Positions 41,975-55,300 of a DNA stretch of 64,000 bases are shown one piece after another; positions within the stretch are counted from its first letter, which is position 1; the number at the start of each line of letters is the position of its first letter. The translations under genes and the position numbers were made by a program. This DNA comes from Tubiluchus corallicola (taxonomy: Eukaryota; Animalia; Priapulida). The stretch is from assembly GCA_030141605.1 (NCBI GenBank), contig JAQGDQ010000411.1, positions 1 through 64,000 of the forward strand, read 5' to 3'. A model generated the notes under the pieces. The model searched no databases. It was given only the letters and a program-made list of their open reading frames with translations, and was not told the DNA's origin.

Positions 41975-42836
41975 TATGCATAAAATTGCATTAACGTCCC
42001 AGTTTGTTGAGAATTACAACTTTTTTGCATCTGATAAAAAAGTCTTCTTGAAATAGTTCAAATACACAAGACAATCATAAGAAATGCCAAATTTTCCAAG
42101 ACAGACTTTTCTTAGGCGGCAAGAGTAACCGAGTCCCCTTGAAGTTTCCGAAATCTTTCCCAACCATGTAAAAACTTTGACACAGTGAGATTGTTTGTGC
42201 CACTAGTGAGAAAAACAAAAATGAAACCACTGATAAGCGTTTATCTGCTGAAAGAACTGAGGAAAATGAAATGAATTAGTTATTCTGTAAAGTAGATTTT
42301 GCAAATGGTGATTTTATAACTGCTGTCCACCTGTATGCAAACTACAATTGATTATTGTCGAAGATCAAATTAATTGGTAAGCAGTTCAGTGTCATGGATA
42401 GAATACCTGAGATAAAACCCCTCGTTTCTTCTGGATGCAAAGCAACATATTGTATTTTGTTATTGTGCTAGTTATTACATTTCAATAAATTTATTTCGCA
42501 AAATACGACATTTATTTACCTTTTCATGGAAATAAAACATTTAATAACTTCAATAAGAACTTTTTACAAGACTTTATATACCTTGTTGTACGTGTCAGCA
42601 AAAATGTTCGCTTGTAACTAGTTGTCGTGTAATATACAAGTACAAAAATACGCTAATCGTTAAATGACTATGAAAAGACTGTTCCTTAATTGCAAAAAAA
42701 AATCATCTGAAAAGATCGCAAAGTTTCGAACTCGATAGCTTTTGTGTTTGCATTATTATTACCAAATACAAAAACTCGTTTAAAATAAATACAGGAGAAT
42801 ATTAATAACGTTTTTGATATCGTTTCTTTGCTAATA

Positions 42837-43737
42837 CAGTCAAACTTTGTTATAATGCCAGGTCTGGGACACCACAGATATGGCTGTTTAGCAGGGGTTG
42901 GCGGTAAGGCGAGGTTCATTAAATATTAAACCCAGTCAACTGTGCAACCTCTATTTTGTTTCCTATTTAATTTTAATAAGTGATAAATAGTATCATAATA
43001 TACCTACAACAGCATGTGTTATACTGTACATTTTTGCTACATTAACAATTGAGGTCTAGCTCTACGGCAGTACCTTGCAAAACTTGGGGAAATACAACTT
43101 GAAGAAGCAATCTCGTGAAATACCAGTTAAAGAAAAATATGAAACCACGCTCCCAACATAACATTACTGGATATTGAAGACTATTAATATCCGCCACATA
43201 TGACTTGACCTTGAGTCAAGCAATTTCAATATCAGTTCAGTACTCAACCATAGCTACACAACTCGTGTACTCTTAAAATGGACCTTCCTTGCTCAAAACC
43301 TCAACATTCGCTTTCATACAGTCACTTGCTACGAAACCTAAATCTCAATTTAAACATCATAATTGTTTTTCTGTTTAGAAGTCACTGTTTTTACAAGTGA
43401 CTGTTTCTCTACAATAACTCTTGACACGTTCAAAGCCATCTAATACGTGTCTACGTTCTTTAAGCAAAGCAGCTACCGTCAAACTATTTATAGACGCTTG
43501 GGTTTTTTGGAAAATAAACTAGAATCACAAAAATGATATGACAAAATAAAACTACAACTGCAGTCACCAAACCTCTTTTTACCACCACCTATGTTAGGTC
43601 TGCAAAAAAGTTGGCATTACAGTGAGTTTGACATAACGAAGTGCATTAATACACACATCCATGCAAATAAAGATATTTTGTTATGCCAAAAAACTTGGGT
43701 ACTAACGCGAAGTTGGCATTATAACAAGGTTTGATTG
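42837..43737. mobile_element. Tc1/mariner/pogo-type non-autonomous element
   Basis: TIR cagtcaaactttgttataatgcca / tggcattataacaaggtttgattg with TA flanks. Confidence 0.75.
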
Positions 43738-44381
43738 TAATTATATAGAAGTTCATAATAAAATTCTATTATACTATTGATTTGTATGAGTACACAGCAG
43801 GAATTGCCTCTGTAACGTACAATGACACAATATGTAGTTCTATCTATAATGCAATGGTAACAGGGATGATAATGACAAATTGCGAAAAACTCTGAAACAG
43901 GCCGGGGGTTTTGGAGCCACCTAGGCCCCCAATGGAGTTCAAGGGGAGCCAGCAACAAATAGCAATTTTGCGACCATAGAGAGCCTCTAAGTGGACTTAA
44001 AATATCAGTGACCTTGTATCATGCATAATTTAAAATACCCAACTATCAAGGATACATGATACCTAATTGTCTCAAAAATGCCCAAGTACTGGCTGCTCCT
44101 ATTCAAAAGTATATAAAAACTGTCTGCAATTGACTCAAATAACTCCACACAATTGATTCTATATTTTTATACATAGAGATATACACGTGGTTACACTGAT
44201 GTACGTGATGTAAACAAAGTGACGGCCTGCCAACTAGCGGTCAGCTTGAGAAATAATGTACTGGGTCCGTAAAAATTTTCTCAATGAATTTACGCAATTT
44301 ACAAAAATGGCACTACCGGTCTTCCAAAAACTCGGAATTCCGCGTATCCGCAGAAAATTCTCATCCCTGTGGTAAGAAATA

Positions 44382-45587
44382 TCATTTGTGAAATTTATGC
44401 TTATGCGTTTTGACTCCAACGGGCGTGGAAAATGATTTTCCGCACAAGTTACAGGTGTGAACTTTCTTTTCGACCAGATTGTGAATTCTTTCCATGTGGA
44501 CCCGTAAACAGTTGGACTGAGTGAAGGTAGCCGGGCATGCGACACATGCAAAAGGACGGATGCCAGTGTGCTTACGCTGATGAACAGCCAAATGAGTCTT
44601 CCTAGTGAACGTAGCCGAACAGTTTGGATGCGGACAAGCGAAAGGTCGTACCAACGAATGAGTTCTTTCATGCGTTTCATAGAGTGACTTCGTTTTGAAC
44701 TGCTTACAACAAATATGGCAAAAATTTTTGTACATTTTTTTACCAAGATCAAAGCTGATGGCTTCCGCAGGCACGATAATACTGGCTTCATTTGGACTGT
44801 GTTGCTCGGACAAAATGCTTTCTAAAGGCATCTCTTCTCCTGTTTCTGATGACTGAAAAGAAAAACCAGTTGAAGAATTGTTCCCGAAGTTTTTCTGGAG
44901 TGGCAGATTATAGACGATTCGCTTTGGAGCTCGGAAGGGCTTCTCCGCCTCTTGGTTTTCGTTCAATAATGCTGTGGTAAGACATTTGCTGAAGATGTGC
45001 CCTCTTTCTGAGTGAAAAAGTTTATCTAATTCCGTTGGTTGTGACTGCCTTTCGACCTCTGCACCAGCACTTTGTAAACTCTCAAAGTCTGTCATGTTAC
45101 CTCTTGCCACTGGCACATCATCAAACCCAGTGTTTTCACTCGCCAGTTGGTTACTCACTACATCTGATGTATCAGTATTTATTACAGAAATAAAAACATC
45201 ATTACCAACAGTAGTATCTAGATCACCGGCACTTGTACAACTTCTGTTACCTTGTGAAGAATCAAATATCTCAGCAAGCGAGTCATCTAATTCATTATCT
45301 TCTTGATTAACTGCTTCATTATCATCTAATTCAGCAGGTTCATTGTCTCCAAAACCGCCATCTTGTTGTGCACTGTCTAACTTTCGATTTGATCCATCCA
45401 CAGACTCTTCCGTTTCTAATTTTACTAAGGGCGTCTCTTCTGTTGTATTTGTGAATGGATTTTGACCTTCACAAACCAAAATTTTGCAGTGCCACGTTCG
45501 CGTGTGAGCAAAGAATACTTCCTCTGACAGCATGCATTCGGAACATGCTGTACACTTGTAATACAACAAAATGTCTGGTGACGCCAT
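44382..45587 (-). CDS. C2H2 zinc-finger protein (~401 aa): one N-terminal finger, acidic linker, four C-terminal fingers
   Basis: Uninterrupted ORF. Fingers CTAC...HTRTWH; CHIC...HERTH; CPHPNC...HQRKH (linker TGIRPF); CVAC...HMERIH; CNLC...HKHKFH. ATG at 45587 lies 6 nt after an acceptor (ttttttgcag, exon starts 45593); candidate upstream donor near 45760. Confidence 0.9.
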   Translation of the reverse strand: MASPDILLYYKCTACSECMLSEEVFFAHTRTWHCKILVCEGQNPFTNTTEETPLVKLETEESVDGSNRKLDSAQQDGGFGDNEPAELDDNEAVNQEDNELDDSLAEIFDSSQGNRSCTSAGDLDTTVGNDVFISVINTDTSDVVSNQLASENTGFDDVPVARGNMTDFESLQSAGAEVERQSQPTELDKLFHSERGHIFSKCLTTALLNENQEAEKPFRAPKRIVYNLPLQKNFGNNSSTGFSFQSSETGEEMPLESILSEQHSPNEASIIVPAEAISFDLGKKMYKNFCHICCKQFKTKSLYETHERTHSLVRPFACPHPNCSATFTRKTHLAVHQRKHTGIRPFACVACPATFTQSNCLRVHMERIHNLVEKKVHTCNLCGKSFSTPVGVKTHKHKFHK

Positions 45588-48058
45588 CGGGTACTGCAAA
45601 AAATGAAACAGTTTTTAAAAACTATTGATTAGAACTGGACATGCAAGGCAGAAAGCATAAATGCTTCAAAAGAATTAAGACAGTGACATGCAGATTGTGA
45701 TGACTAATCCAGCTATGTTAAAACACTGGTCAATCGTAAGAGCTTTGCAAACACAATTACCTGTATAATCAATGTAACTGCATTTAACGTTATTATTAAG
45801 TTCATTAGAGAGGGCCAACACAATAGACACGCTAAGCTTTTATGTAATGTTCCACTTAGTGAATGGTGTTTCACAAAACGAATTCTAATCATACACGTAG
45901 TTAGTGCAGTTCTAAAATTGCTTTCACATAACGTGTATTAAACAATAAGTCTCTCTCTACATATGTCACAGACAGAAAAAACAGCGCAAGTTGTAGTAAT
46001 ATCAATTAAAAATAAATATATTTATGGGCGATTATTGGGTAGTTGCCGAAGTTGGACATTAAAAGTACGAATGACATGGTTGAAAAACAAATTCGAAATA
46101 CCATGAAAAAGGTCTGAAGCCAGATCGCGATCGAACAACCAGATGCCAACTAAGATTATCCTATTTTTAGTATCTAAATTACGTAAAGGGTCAAGCAAAC
46201 TTTCAATTTCAAATTCATCAAACTCAAAACAACACGCTAGTTCTGATTCTGGGCCAAGCGCAGAATTCCAAAATGCGAGTTGTGTAGATCGGCGCACTTA
46301 AAAGTGTTTGTTTACTTGTTAAACGTATAGATTTCGTTAATCCCAACCAACCACTGTATAAATAAATATTATTGATCGCCAATGGGCATAATGATTATGT
46401 TTTGTGTGCGATGATAACAGCAGTGTGGGGCTGTAGGCACAGACATACACATAGCACACATACGTGTATACATCTGTGTAGTAACTTACAAGTAACCTTT
46501 TAGCATAAAAAAGATGACAACAATTCTATCAAATTTACAACAACAACAACACAATTTATATCACTGATACATTAATATCTGTCCATAATGCCCGTCCATG
46601 CAAAATTACCACAGTTGCATGCATGGCATATAACATTTTATTAAATCTTTGTCCCACTTTATTGACGGCAAGTTTTAACAGGCCATTACATGCTCAACTA
46701 GAAGGTATACAGTGTATGCACTGCATTCAAGAATTGTACGCCAATGAATGTAATTCATTCTAGGTGTATAATATTCGACTTTTTCCAGCAGTCAATTACA
46801 AGAAGTCTTCTTGTATTGAAAAAGCTTTTGTGGAGTTTGCAAAGCTTCAAAAGCAAGAATATTTTAAGTTCCATATTGGCAAATTCATTGTCATTTTCCA
46901 TCCTTCTAATCAAATTCTCTGATTCGCTAATTCTCTGATGACTTTATGAATGTCTAAAGTTTTTGCAAATGTAAGCCTAGTATGCAATTTGAGTACATGG
47001 GTATTGACTAATGATATTACAGAAAGTAGCAGGTTAATGTGCTTGTTTAATTTGCAGTATGATTTATTTTATTTTGCTTATTTTATTACATTGACCATAT
47101 ACATTGGTTTCATAACAAGTTTTGCAATTTGCCAACACAATGTCACGTGATGGTAAATGGATTTGCAAATGTGTTAAATGTTGTGTATTGTGCTACAGAA
47201 CCGTGCAATACAAGGCATTGCAAACGTATGCACATGATCACAATTATTGTTATCATTAGCACGGCAATAACGTTTTGTGTTCAAAGTGTTCATGCCTCTA
47301 TTATGTCAGCTTATCAAAATATTTAATTATGTAATTGTACGACACACTCATAATGACCCACAGTGTGTTTGGTTTAGTCAGCCGTGCCGCCTGTGTATCT
47401 CTTTCTTGGGAAATCTTAGCAGGCAAAAGTGTAAATATGGTGGAACAAACAGAAGGACGTATTTTTTGCGTATAGATTTGCGATTTACACTTTCGATTGT
47501 TTAATTCCGAGATAAAAGAGGAAACACTTGTTTTATTTGTCAATTTCCTGATTTAGGTTTGTGCCGTAGTAATGTAATACGCATTATATTAGTTGTAAAT
47601 TATAATGTATATGTTTACACAAGTTTAAGAAAATTGACAGTCTTGCTAAATTAATTAATTGTTACTGTTAGCTTCTACTCTCGAAGTTTAAATAAATAAA
47701 TAGCTGAATGGTTTCAGCACGGCGTGTGTAGCTTTGTTAGGTGACGAAGTCAAACAAGGCAAAGCTTGGTTAGTAAATTAATGAGTCGTTTCATTTGCTG
47801 TAGTTAACTTCAGTTTTGAACATCTAATGGCAGTGATACAATTACTGCAGGATGATATCAAATGATGTTGCATGGTACTTATCAATAATTATATCAATAA
47901 ATTAGGAGTGGAAATTTCGAATAATTATAAAATATTCGAGTAACTGAATATTCGATCTTGGGTTATTTTTCTGCTATTACCGTGACAGTGATGTTCTGTC
48001 ATTGTGCCTAGCTAAGGTTTCTTCTCTTGCTGCGTAAATAAATGAGAGATATTTATTC

Positions 48059-48110
48059 TGCCTGCCCAATGTCTAAAATAGACGTGACGGGCGTATGATG
48101 ATGATGATGA
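48059..48110 (+). mobile_element. 3' end of a non-LTR retroelement with (ATG)n tail
   Basis: ctgcctgcccaatgtctaaaatagacgtgacgggcgt(atg)n; the same end occurs inverted at 56850-56911. Confidence 0.6.
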
Positions 48111-48335
48111 TATTTAGCATCCAGTCAATACAATGTATACAGAGAAATTGAATATTTTATTGTTCAATATAGTAAAAACATTCAAACTTTTGAATTATTG
48201 TTATTTCTACACTTCCCTGCGATGAACATAGGTATACTCTTGATTATCTGTGTGGATCAACCTTGTGAATTATCTGTGCTGAGAGTTTACTACATTTTAG
48301 CCAGTATATTTCACTTTACTCTGCTTTATAATATA

Positions 48336-49200
48336 CAGTAGGTGCTGCTTAATAGACTCACTTAGGGATGGACGTGTTTTGACTCAAACGATGGATTCAA
48401 TTAGCCAACAGGTGTAGCACATTACTACTATAGAAGTATGAGTCATCACTCATCACATTAGAATGCATTGCAAAGACTTTAAATGAATTTTAGAAATGAA
48501 TTAATGTCGCAATTCTTCTGTACAATTGTTTAAGAAAACTAATTTACTTAAGTGAATTAACAAAAAGGATAATAAAAAAATGCACAAATCTTATTATTAC
48601 CACTAAAAATTACAAAAATTCATGCAAGATCAGTTGCTTCATTTCTTCACGAAAAAGTTAGTTTATCAAATTCTCATAAGGGTAAAAATGTTAGAAAATT
48701 TTAACTGTATGCTGCATATATTCACATACCTAGTCACTTAGTGCTTGAGCTGTAGTTGGTGATGACCCTGTGAAAAGCAGCGGGAACTTCAAAAGCAAAA
48801 CTACTGGGCAAGCGATTTAATGTTGAGCTTCCAGAAACAACGAGGTTAATTACAGTGGACAAGTGGGTGACAGATTCAAAGCAAAACCGCTAAGCTAACA
48901 TATTAGCACATATGATAAACGTACTGTACCTGCTTACAAACAAAGCTGTACTTATTATGACTGTTTCTACGTATATTACAGTGCACAAAATCGACGTAAA
49001 GATGACATAAAAACACTAAAGATTCTTTGAACGCACATAAATGTCTTATTTTAAGTATGTGAAGGAAAAATATTGAGTCAATTATGCGTAGTTATGTGAG
49101 TCAATTACCGGCAATTTTTGTACATTTGAATAACAGGCGTTTTTGAGTCAATTAAGTGACTGATCTTATTAACCGAGTGTCTAATAAATGGCACCTACTA
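48336..49200. mobile_element. MITE family D, complete copy
   Basis: TIR cagtaggtgctgcttaatagac / gtctaataaatggcacctacta, TA flanks, subterminal ttgagtcaatta repeats. Confidence 0.78.
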
Positions 49201-49383
49201 TATATATAGATTCGGCTGTAGATCAAAACAGTTGAGCAAAGGCACAGTAGTGCTACAGTAAGGTGTTATTTATATTGCTCTGGCTACATATTTGTCTCAC
49301 AAAGTTACTTACAAGTTACTTACAAAGTTACTTGTATTTTCAGATTGACTTTGACTGCTGAAACCAAGAAGTAGATCTACACA

Positions 49384-52300
49384 ATGTCGTTTGCGTTTAT
49401 GCCTCGGAAGGTAAAATTGTTTGTTGCTGTGAAACATATTGTAAAATATAAGATTTGTGATGTCGTATTGTCACCGTGAATTGTATATATGGGTTTAGTG
49501 GGTGTAATACTGCTTACAATATAATTTTCCATATATCTGCTGGCGCGTAGGTCTTAATAAGTATAAAATGTTTTGAAAAGAATTCACCCAACCTATTTGA
49601 TTAAACTTGTTTGTTTTTACTAATCATTCTGACCAATGATCATTATCATTACTGTAATCATCGTCATTGTTACCATAAACGTTGATTTTATGTCGCAGTC
49701 TGTGTCTTACATCTACGAGTGATTTAATGGTACTATCCTTGCATTCTTGTTGTTTCCCTAGGTTGCCAGCCAGGTGGCAGCACAAAAGAGTGACGCAGAG
49801 AAAGCTGCAGAAATCAAGCGACAAGAACGAATGAAAAAACTGCGGGAGTTGCACCTACGAAGAGTAAGTACCGTGTGTAGTTATATAAGAGTTTAACAAG
49901 AAATAATGCCTAATTTAATGTTTGTGCTTTTTATAATATGAATCATTAAGAACGAACTAAGTTCTCACCTTTCCACAACAATTTCCACGCAGAGAGGCCG
50001 AAAATAAATAAAACCATTGAACTTAATAAATATTTTGCTTGATATTTTGAAGATGTAACTTATCACAATCATTGTGTTTATTATTCTGTTTGCTTTGTTT
50101 ACTTGTTTTTTGCTTGTTTGTAAACATGTTACTCGTGTTTAAAGCCATTGTGTGAAGTAGATCACTCTCACTATACCGAAATAATTGGAGTAAAATTTGT
50201 GGAATTCATTTTTGAGATGCGTAGTTAAATTATTAAGACATTTGCCGATCTTTGTTCCAGAATGAAGCGAGAAAACTTAATCACCAGGAAGTGGTCGAGG
50301 AAGATCGCAAAAGTAAACTTCCCGCAAATTACGAAACAAAGCGCAAATGGGCCGAATGGAAAATAAGCGAAATTGAAAAGAAACAGGTTTACTCGGCTTT
50401 GTGCTAGTTAAAAACCATTTTGCCTCAATACGAGTGCGTAATTTTACATACATGGTCAAACTTCATCATACTGCCTAACTCATTTACCACCTGCAAAATG
50501 GCCAGGAACAATACAGCTATATTCAACTGTATGTAACAATAACCCATTACTGTCATCTACCAGGTAAATTAATATATGTGTTCAATGGGTAAATACCGAC
50601 AGTAGTCTCAAGTCTCTCAACTAAGGCCAGCAGCTTCTTGATATAATGCCCGCTGTACGAGACTTCTACATGTCCGACGGAGTTGTAGACACTGGCTAGA
50701 CATCAGCAGCTTGTTATAATGTCCACCGGATGAGCCTGCAACATGTCCGGCTGACACTGGCTAGACATCAGCGGCTTTTTCATATAAACCACTCCCCCCC
50801 CCCACCCCCGTACCGTATAAGACTTCTACATATCCAGCTGAGTCCTGGACACTGGGTTAAAGATTGCATAAAAGTATGCACGTCATCATCTTTTGATTGC
50901 TTGCAAGCTGTACACTACAATGTGTAATCACAACGAATGCACCACCTAGTGGCATGTGGTCACAACGGAAACCGACAAGAAAACACGTGGCTTTTTTCCA
51001 CCAACAAAATATTTGCTTTTTTATTAGAAGCACTCATTTGGGTGAAGGGTTACAAAGCTAGGCTCCTCCTTCTCCCCACAAAGATCTAATCTCTAATCTA
51101 AAATCCCGGCAAGACTTTCGTAGTTATGACTTCACCTTTCTTTACATTCACACATGTTTAATGGAGTAGTTGGCCTACAGTCTTTTATATTGATAATTAT
51201 GTATTTGAGTACAGAACATGTTTGTTTTGTAAACAGAAAGTTGTTGATAAAGTTGACTGATTTTGAGTTAGTCATTAATTCACAAATAATTAATTTAATT
51301 ATATTTTTAATTCATTAACCTTCAGATTAAAATTTGAGAACTCTTAACCTGTGTAAACTTGTCTGACTGTTGTGACTTGTCTATGACAAAATTGAACTCA
51401 TTCAGTTATGACACCAAACTTGTTGCCATTTGAACTTTTTTCCGGTGCAAAATTAGACCGTATAAAGAGATTCAACTGTATTCACAATGTTATAGATGTG
51501 TGATCTGTAAATTCGCTAGTATTATTAGTATGCTAACATGCCCTAACTGTTGGTTATGCAAAAACTGATAACTCGTCAATCTTGATTGCATATCTATAGA
51601 TGTTTGTCATTTTTGCAGGAATACGCTGCAAAAGGAGAAGACTACGAACGTGCGCGGCTCCTCGATGTCCAAGCCAGCGAAGCCGAGAAATGGGAACGAC
51701 AAAAGAAGAAGAAGAAAAACCCTGATCAAGGTGAGAATTAAAATCAGCTATAATGAACTTGATCAAGGCAGCAATTAAAATCAGCCATAATGAACTTGAT
51801 CAAGGCGAGAATTAAAATCAGCTATAATGAACTTGATCAAGGCGAGAATTAAAATCAGCTATAATGAACTTGATCAAGGCGAGAATTAAAATCAGCTATA
51901 ATGAACTTGATCAAGGCAGGAATTAAAATCAGCTATAATGAACTTGATCAAGGCAGGAATTAAAATCAGCTATAATGAACTTGATCAAGGCGAGAATTAA
52001 AATCAGCTATAATGAACTTGATCAAGGTGAGAATTAAAATCAGCTATAATGAACTTGATCAAGGCAGGAATTAAAATCAGCTATAATGAACTTGATCAAG
52101 GCAGGAATTAAAATCAGCTATAATGAACTTGATCAAGGCGAGAATTAAAATCAGCTATAATGAACTTGATCAAGGCGAGAATTAAAATCAGCTATAATGA
52201 ACTTGATCAAGGCAGGAATTAATGTCAGCTATAATGAACTTGATCAAGGCGGGAATTATAATCAGCTATAATGAACTTGATCAAGGCGAGAATTTAAATC

Positions 52301-55300
52301 AGCTATAATGAACTTGATCAAGGCGAGAATTAAAATCAGCTATAATGAACTTGATCAAGGCAGGAATTAGTGTCAGCTATAATGAACTTGATCAAGGCGA
52401 GAATTATAATCAGCTATAATGAACTTGATCAAGGGGAGAATTAAAATCAGCTATAATGAACTTGATCAAGGCGGGAATTAAAATCAGCTATAATGAACTT
52501 GATCAAGGCAGGAATTAATGTCAGCTATAATGAACTTGATCAAGGCGGGAATTATAATCAGCTATAATGAACTTGATCAAGGCGAGAATTAAAATCAGCT
52601 ATAATGAACTTGATCAAGGCGAGAATTAAAATCAGCTATAATGAACTTGATCAAGGCAGGAATTAATGTCAGCTATAATGAACTTGATCAAGGCGGGAAT
52701 TATAATCAGCTATAATGAACTTGATCAAGGCGAGAATTAAGATCAGCTATAATGAACTTGATCAAGGGGAGAATTAAAATCAGCTATAATGAACTTGATC
52801 AAGGTAGGAATTAAAGTCAGCTATAATGAACCTGATCAAGGCAGGATTTAATGTCAGCTATAAACAACTTGATCAAGGCGCAAATTAAAATCAGTTATAA
52901 TGAACTTGATCAAGGCGGGAATTAAAATCAGCTATAAACAACTTGATCAAGGTGAGAATTAAAATCAGCTATAATGAACTTGATCAAGGCGGGAATTAAA
53001 ATCAGCTATAATGAACTTGATCAAGGCGGGAATTAAAATCAGCTATAATGAACTTGATCAAGGCGGGAATTAAAATCAGCTATAATGAACTTGATCAAGG
53101 TGAGAATTAAAATCAGCTATAATGAACTTGATCAAGGCGGGAATTAAAATCAGCTATAATGAACTTGATCAAGGCGGGAATTAAAATCAGCTATAATGAA
53201 CTTGATCAAGGCGGGAATTAAAATCAGCCATAATGAACTTGATCAAGGCGGGAATTAAAATCAGCCATAATGAACTTGATCAAGGCAGGACATTTGCATT
53301 CATGCAATTTTTTTACATATTGGTTAAAAAGACACCAATGGCATCTTATACATCAACCTGCTATCTGTTTATTTGCAGGTTTCTCTGATTATGAAGCTGC
53401 GACAAAGAGGCAGTACGATCGCTTGATTAAGAACATGAAAGTTGACATGGATAGTTATCAGAATCAGAAAGAAAAGTTGTAAGTAAACATTCTTTATTAC
53501 ATCTCTGTAGAGCTTAAAAGAAACAAAACGTTTTTCCCGTAACAAATTATTTACTGGTTTACAGTGAGTCCTCGCTTAACGACTCCCAGTTTAGCGACGT
53601 TTCATTTTAACAACAATTTTTTTTACTTTGCTCAGAAATTTTTTTTTAATTTATCAACGACTTTTTTACCTAATTTGGTGCATTAAAACAGTACATGTTG
53701 CATTATTCTGTTCTAAAAACACACTAGTAATGTAAACGTACAGTTATTATACATGTTTTTGCTTCCCTACTGACTAACTGACTGACTCTTGTCCATTTGT
53801 ATGAAGCCTGAGAGAAAATTGTGAAGGAATGCTCCCTGCAACCTGTTCCCGTAACAACCCGACTAAGTGCCCAGGTAAAATTCGCGAGATTGCCCCTTGT
53901 CTTGGCTTTGACTCTGCAGTGTTTATTGTTTAAAGGCAGCCTAGGTTTAAATATCAGCGAAAGAAAAACCACTAGCTAGGTATTGATAAGAAAGACATAT
54001 ACGTGGTTCATACACTCAGAAAGAAATTAGTTACCGTATATACTCGCATATAAGCCTACATCGCATATAAGCCGACCCCCTAAAACTGCTTTAAAATGGC
54101 CAGTTTTTGCAAAAACCCGTATATAAGCCGACCATCAACTTGTCTAATTTTACTCCATACCCAATCAACAAAATTCATCCCTTTTTGTCACATTTTGTTA
54201 ATTGGGTATTTTTGGTTCATAGAAATTTTTTACTATAAAGATGTAAAATGCTTACTTTTATGTTACATACTAGAAGAAATTGCTTGTTTCTTCAGCGGCC
54301 TTTATCACTTTTAGCTTGAAGACAGCAGTATAGGACATACGTTTTCATTTTTCTCCAGGCATGGTGTATTGCACAAATAATTTTACAACTAAAATTATCA
54401 AAATTCAGCACACTTTTAAATTCTGTTACCGAAAAAGCATGAAAAATAACCAAAACTGAAGACAACGAAACTTACATCCTGCAGAGGCAGCCATGATTTC
54501 ACGCGTGGCGCTATCTAGCGAGAATGGTCAAAATCTTTCATCCGCCGATTGAACTACCGTATATACTCGCATATAAGCCTACATCGCATATAAGCCGACC
54601 CCCTGATTTCAGTATTGTATTTTATAGTTCTAAATTCGGCTTATATGCGAGCATATACGGTAGTAGAAAAATAAATAAAACCCGTAAATGTTTAACTCGC
54701 ATGAATTAAGCAGCATTGATTTTTGCATCTCAAATTATTTATATTACTGTCTATAGAAGTCTTGGCTTCGTTTAACGACGTTTCGCTTAGCGTCGCATTT
54801 TGCTTGAACGCAGTTGTTAGGGTCGTTAAGCGAGGACTTACTATATACGCGAATTTTTTGCTAGTTTCTATCATAATTTTATTGTATAGTCAGTGTTTTT
54901 TTAATTTTCGATACAGTGCTATGTACTTTTAAATACATGAAATAATTTTAAAATAATAAAAAACTAAAAATAAAACATGACCACAAAAGATGCCTGCTAT
55001 TAGATTGCACATTTCTGAATGTAAAGAATGCTGCTGAGAATTTGGCAGCATCTTGGGAAACAGCCAGACAGTCACGGTGTGTGGTGAGTTATAAAGTTAA
55101 GGTGTGCCAAGCTTGGTTACTAAGCAAATGGGTGACCACAAGAGCACCCGCTCGTGAGTGCATCTGAATGCAGCTGACACTTGACAAATGACTAAGCTGT
55201 TCAGTCATTTTTTTACATGATTATCCTCGATAGTAAGCTAGATACTCGTCCTGCCACAATTATCTACTTTGATCGAGTCGTGGCGCTAGACTGGATCCCT

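Noticed and set aside
44234-44791. 185-aa ORF overlapping the zinc-finger gene in another frame
   Set aside because: Shadow frame of the ZF CDS running into repeat DNA; no recognisable motif.
51723-53290. CRISPR-like appearance of the 37-bp repeat (also the 28-bp array at 2232)
   Set aside because: Units are contiguous with no unique spacers, there are no cas genes, and the context is a spliceosomal intron.
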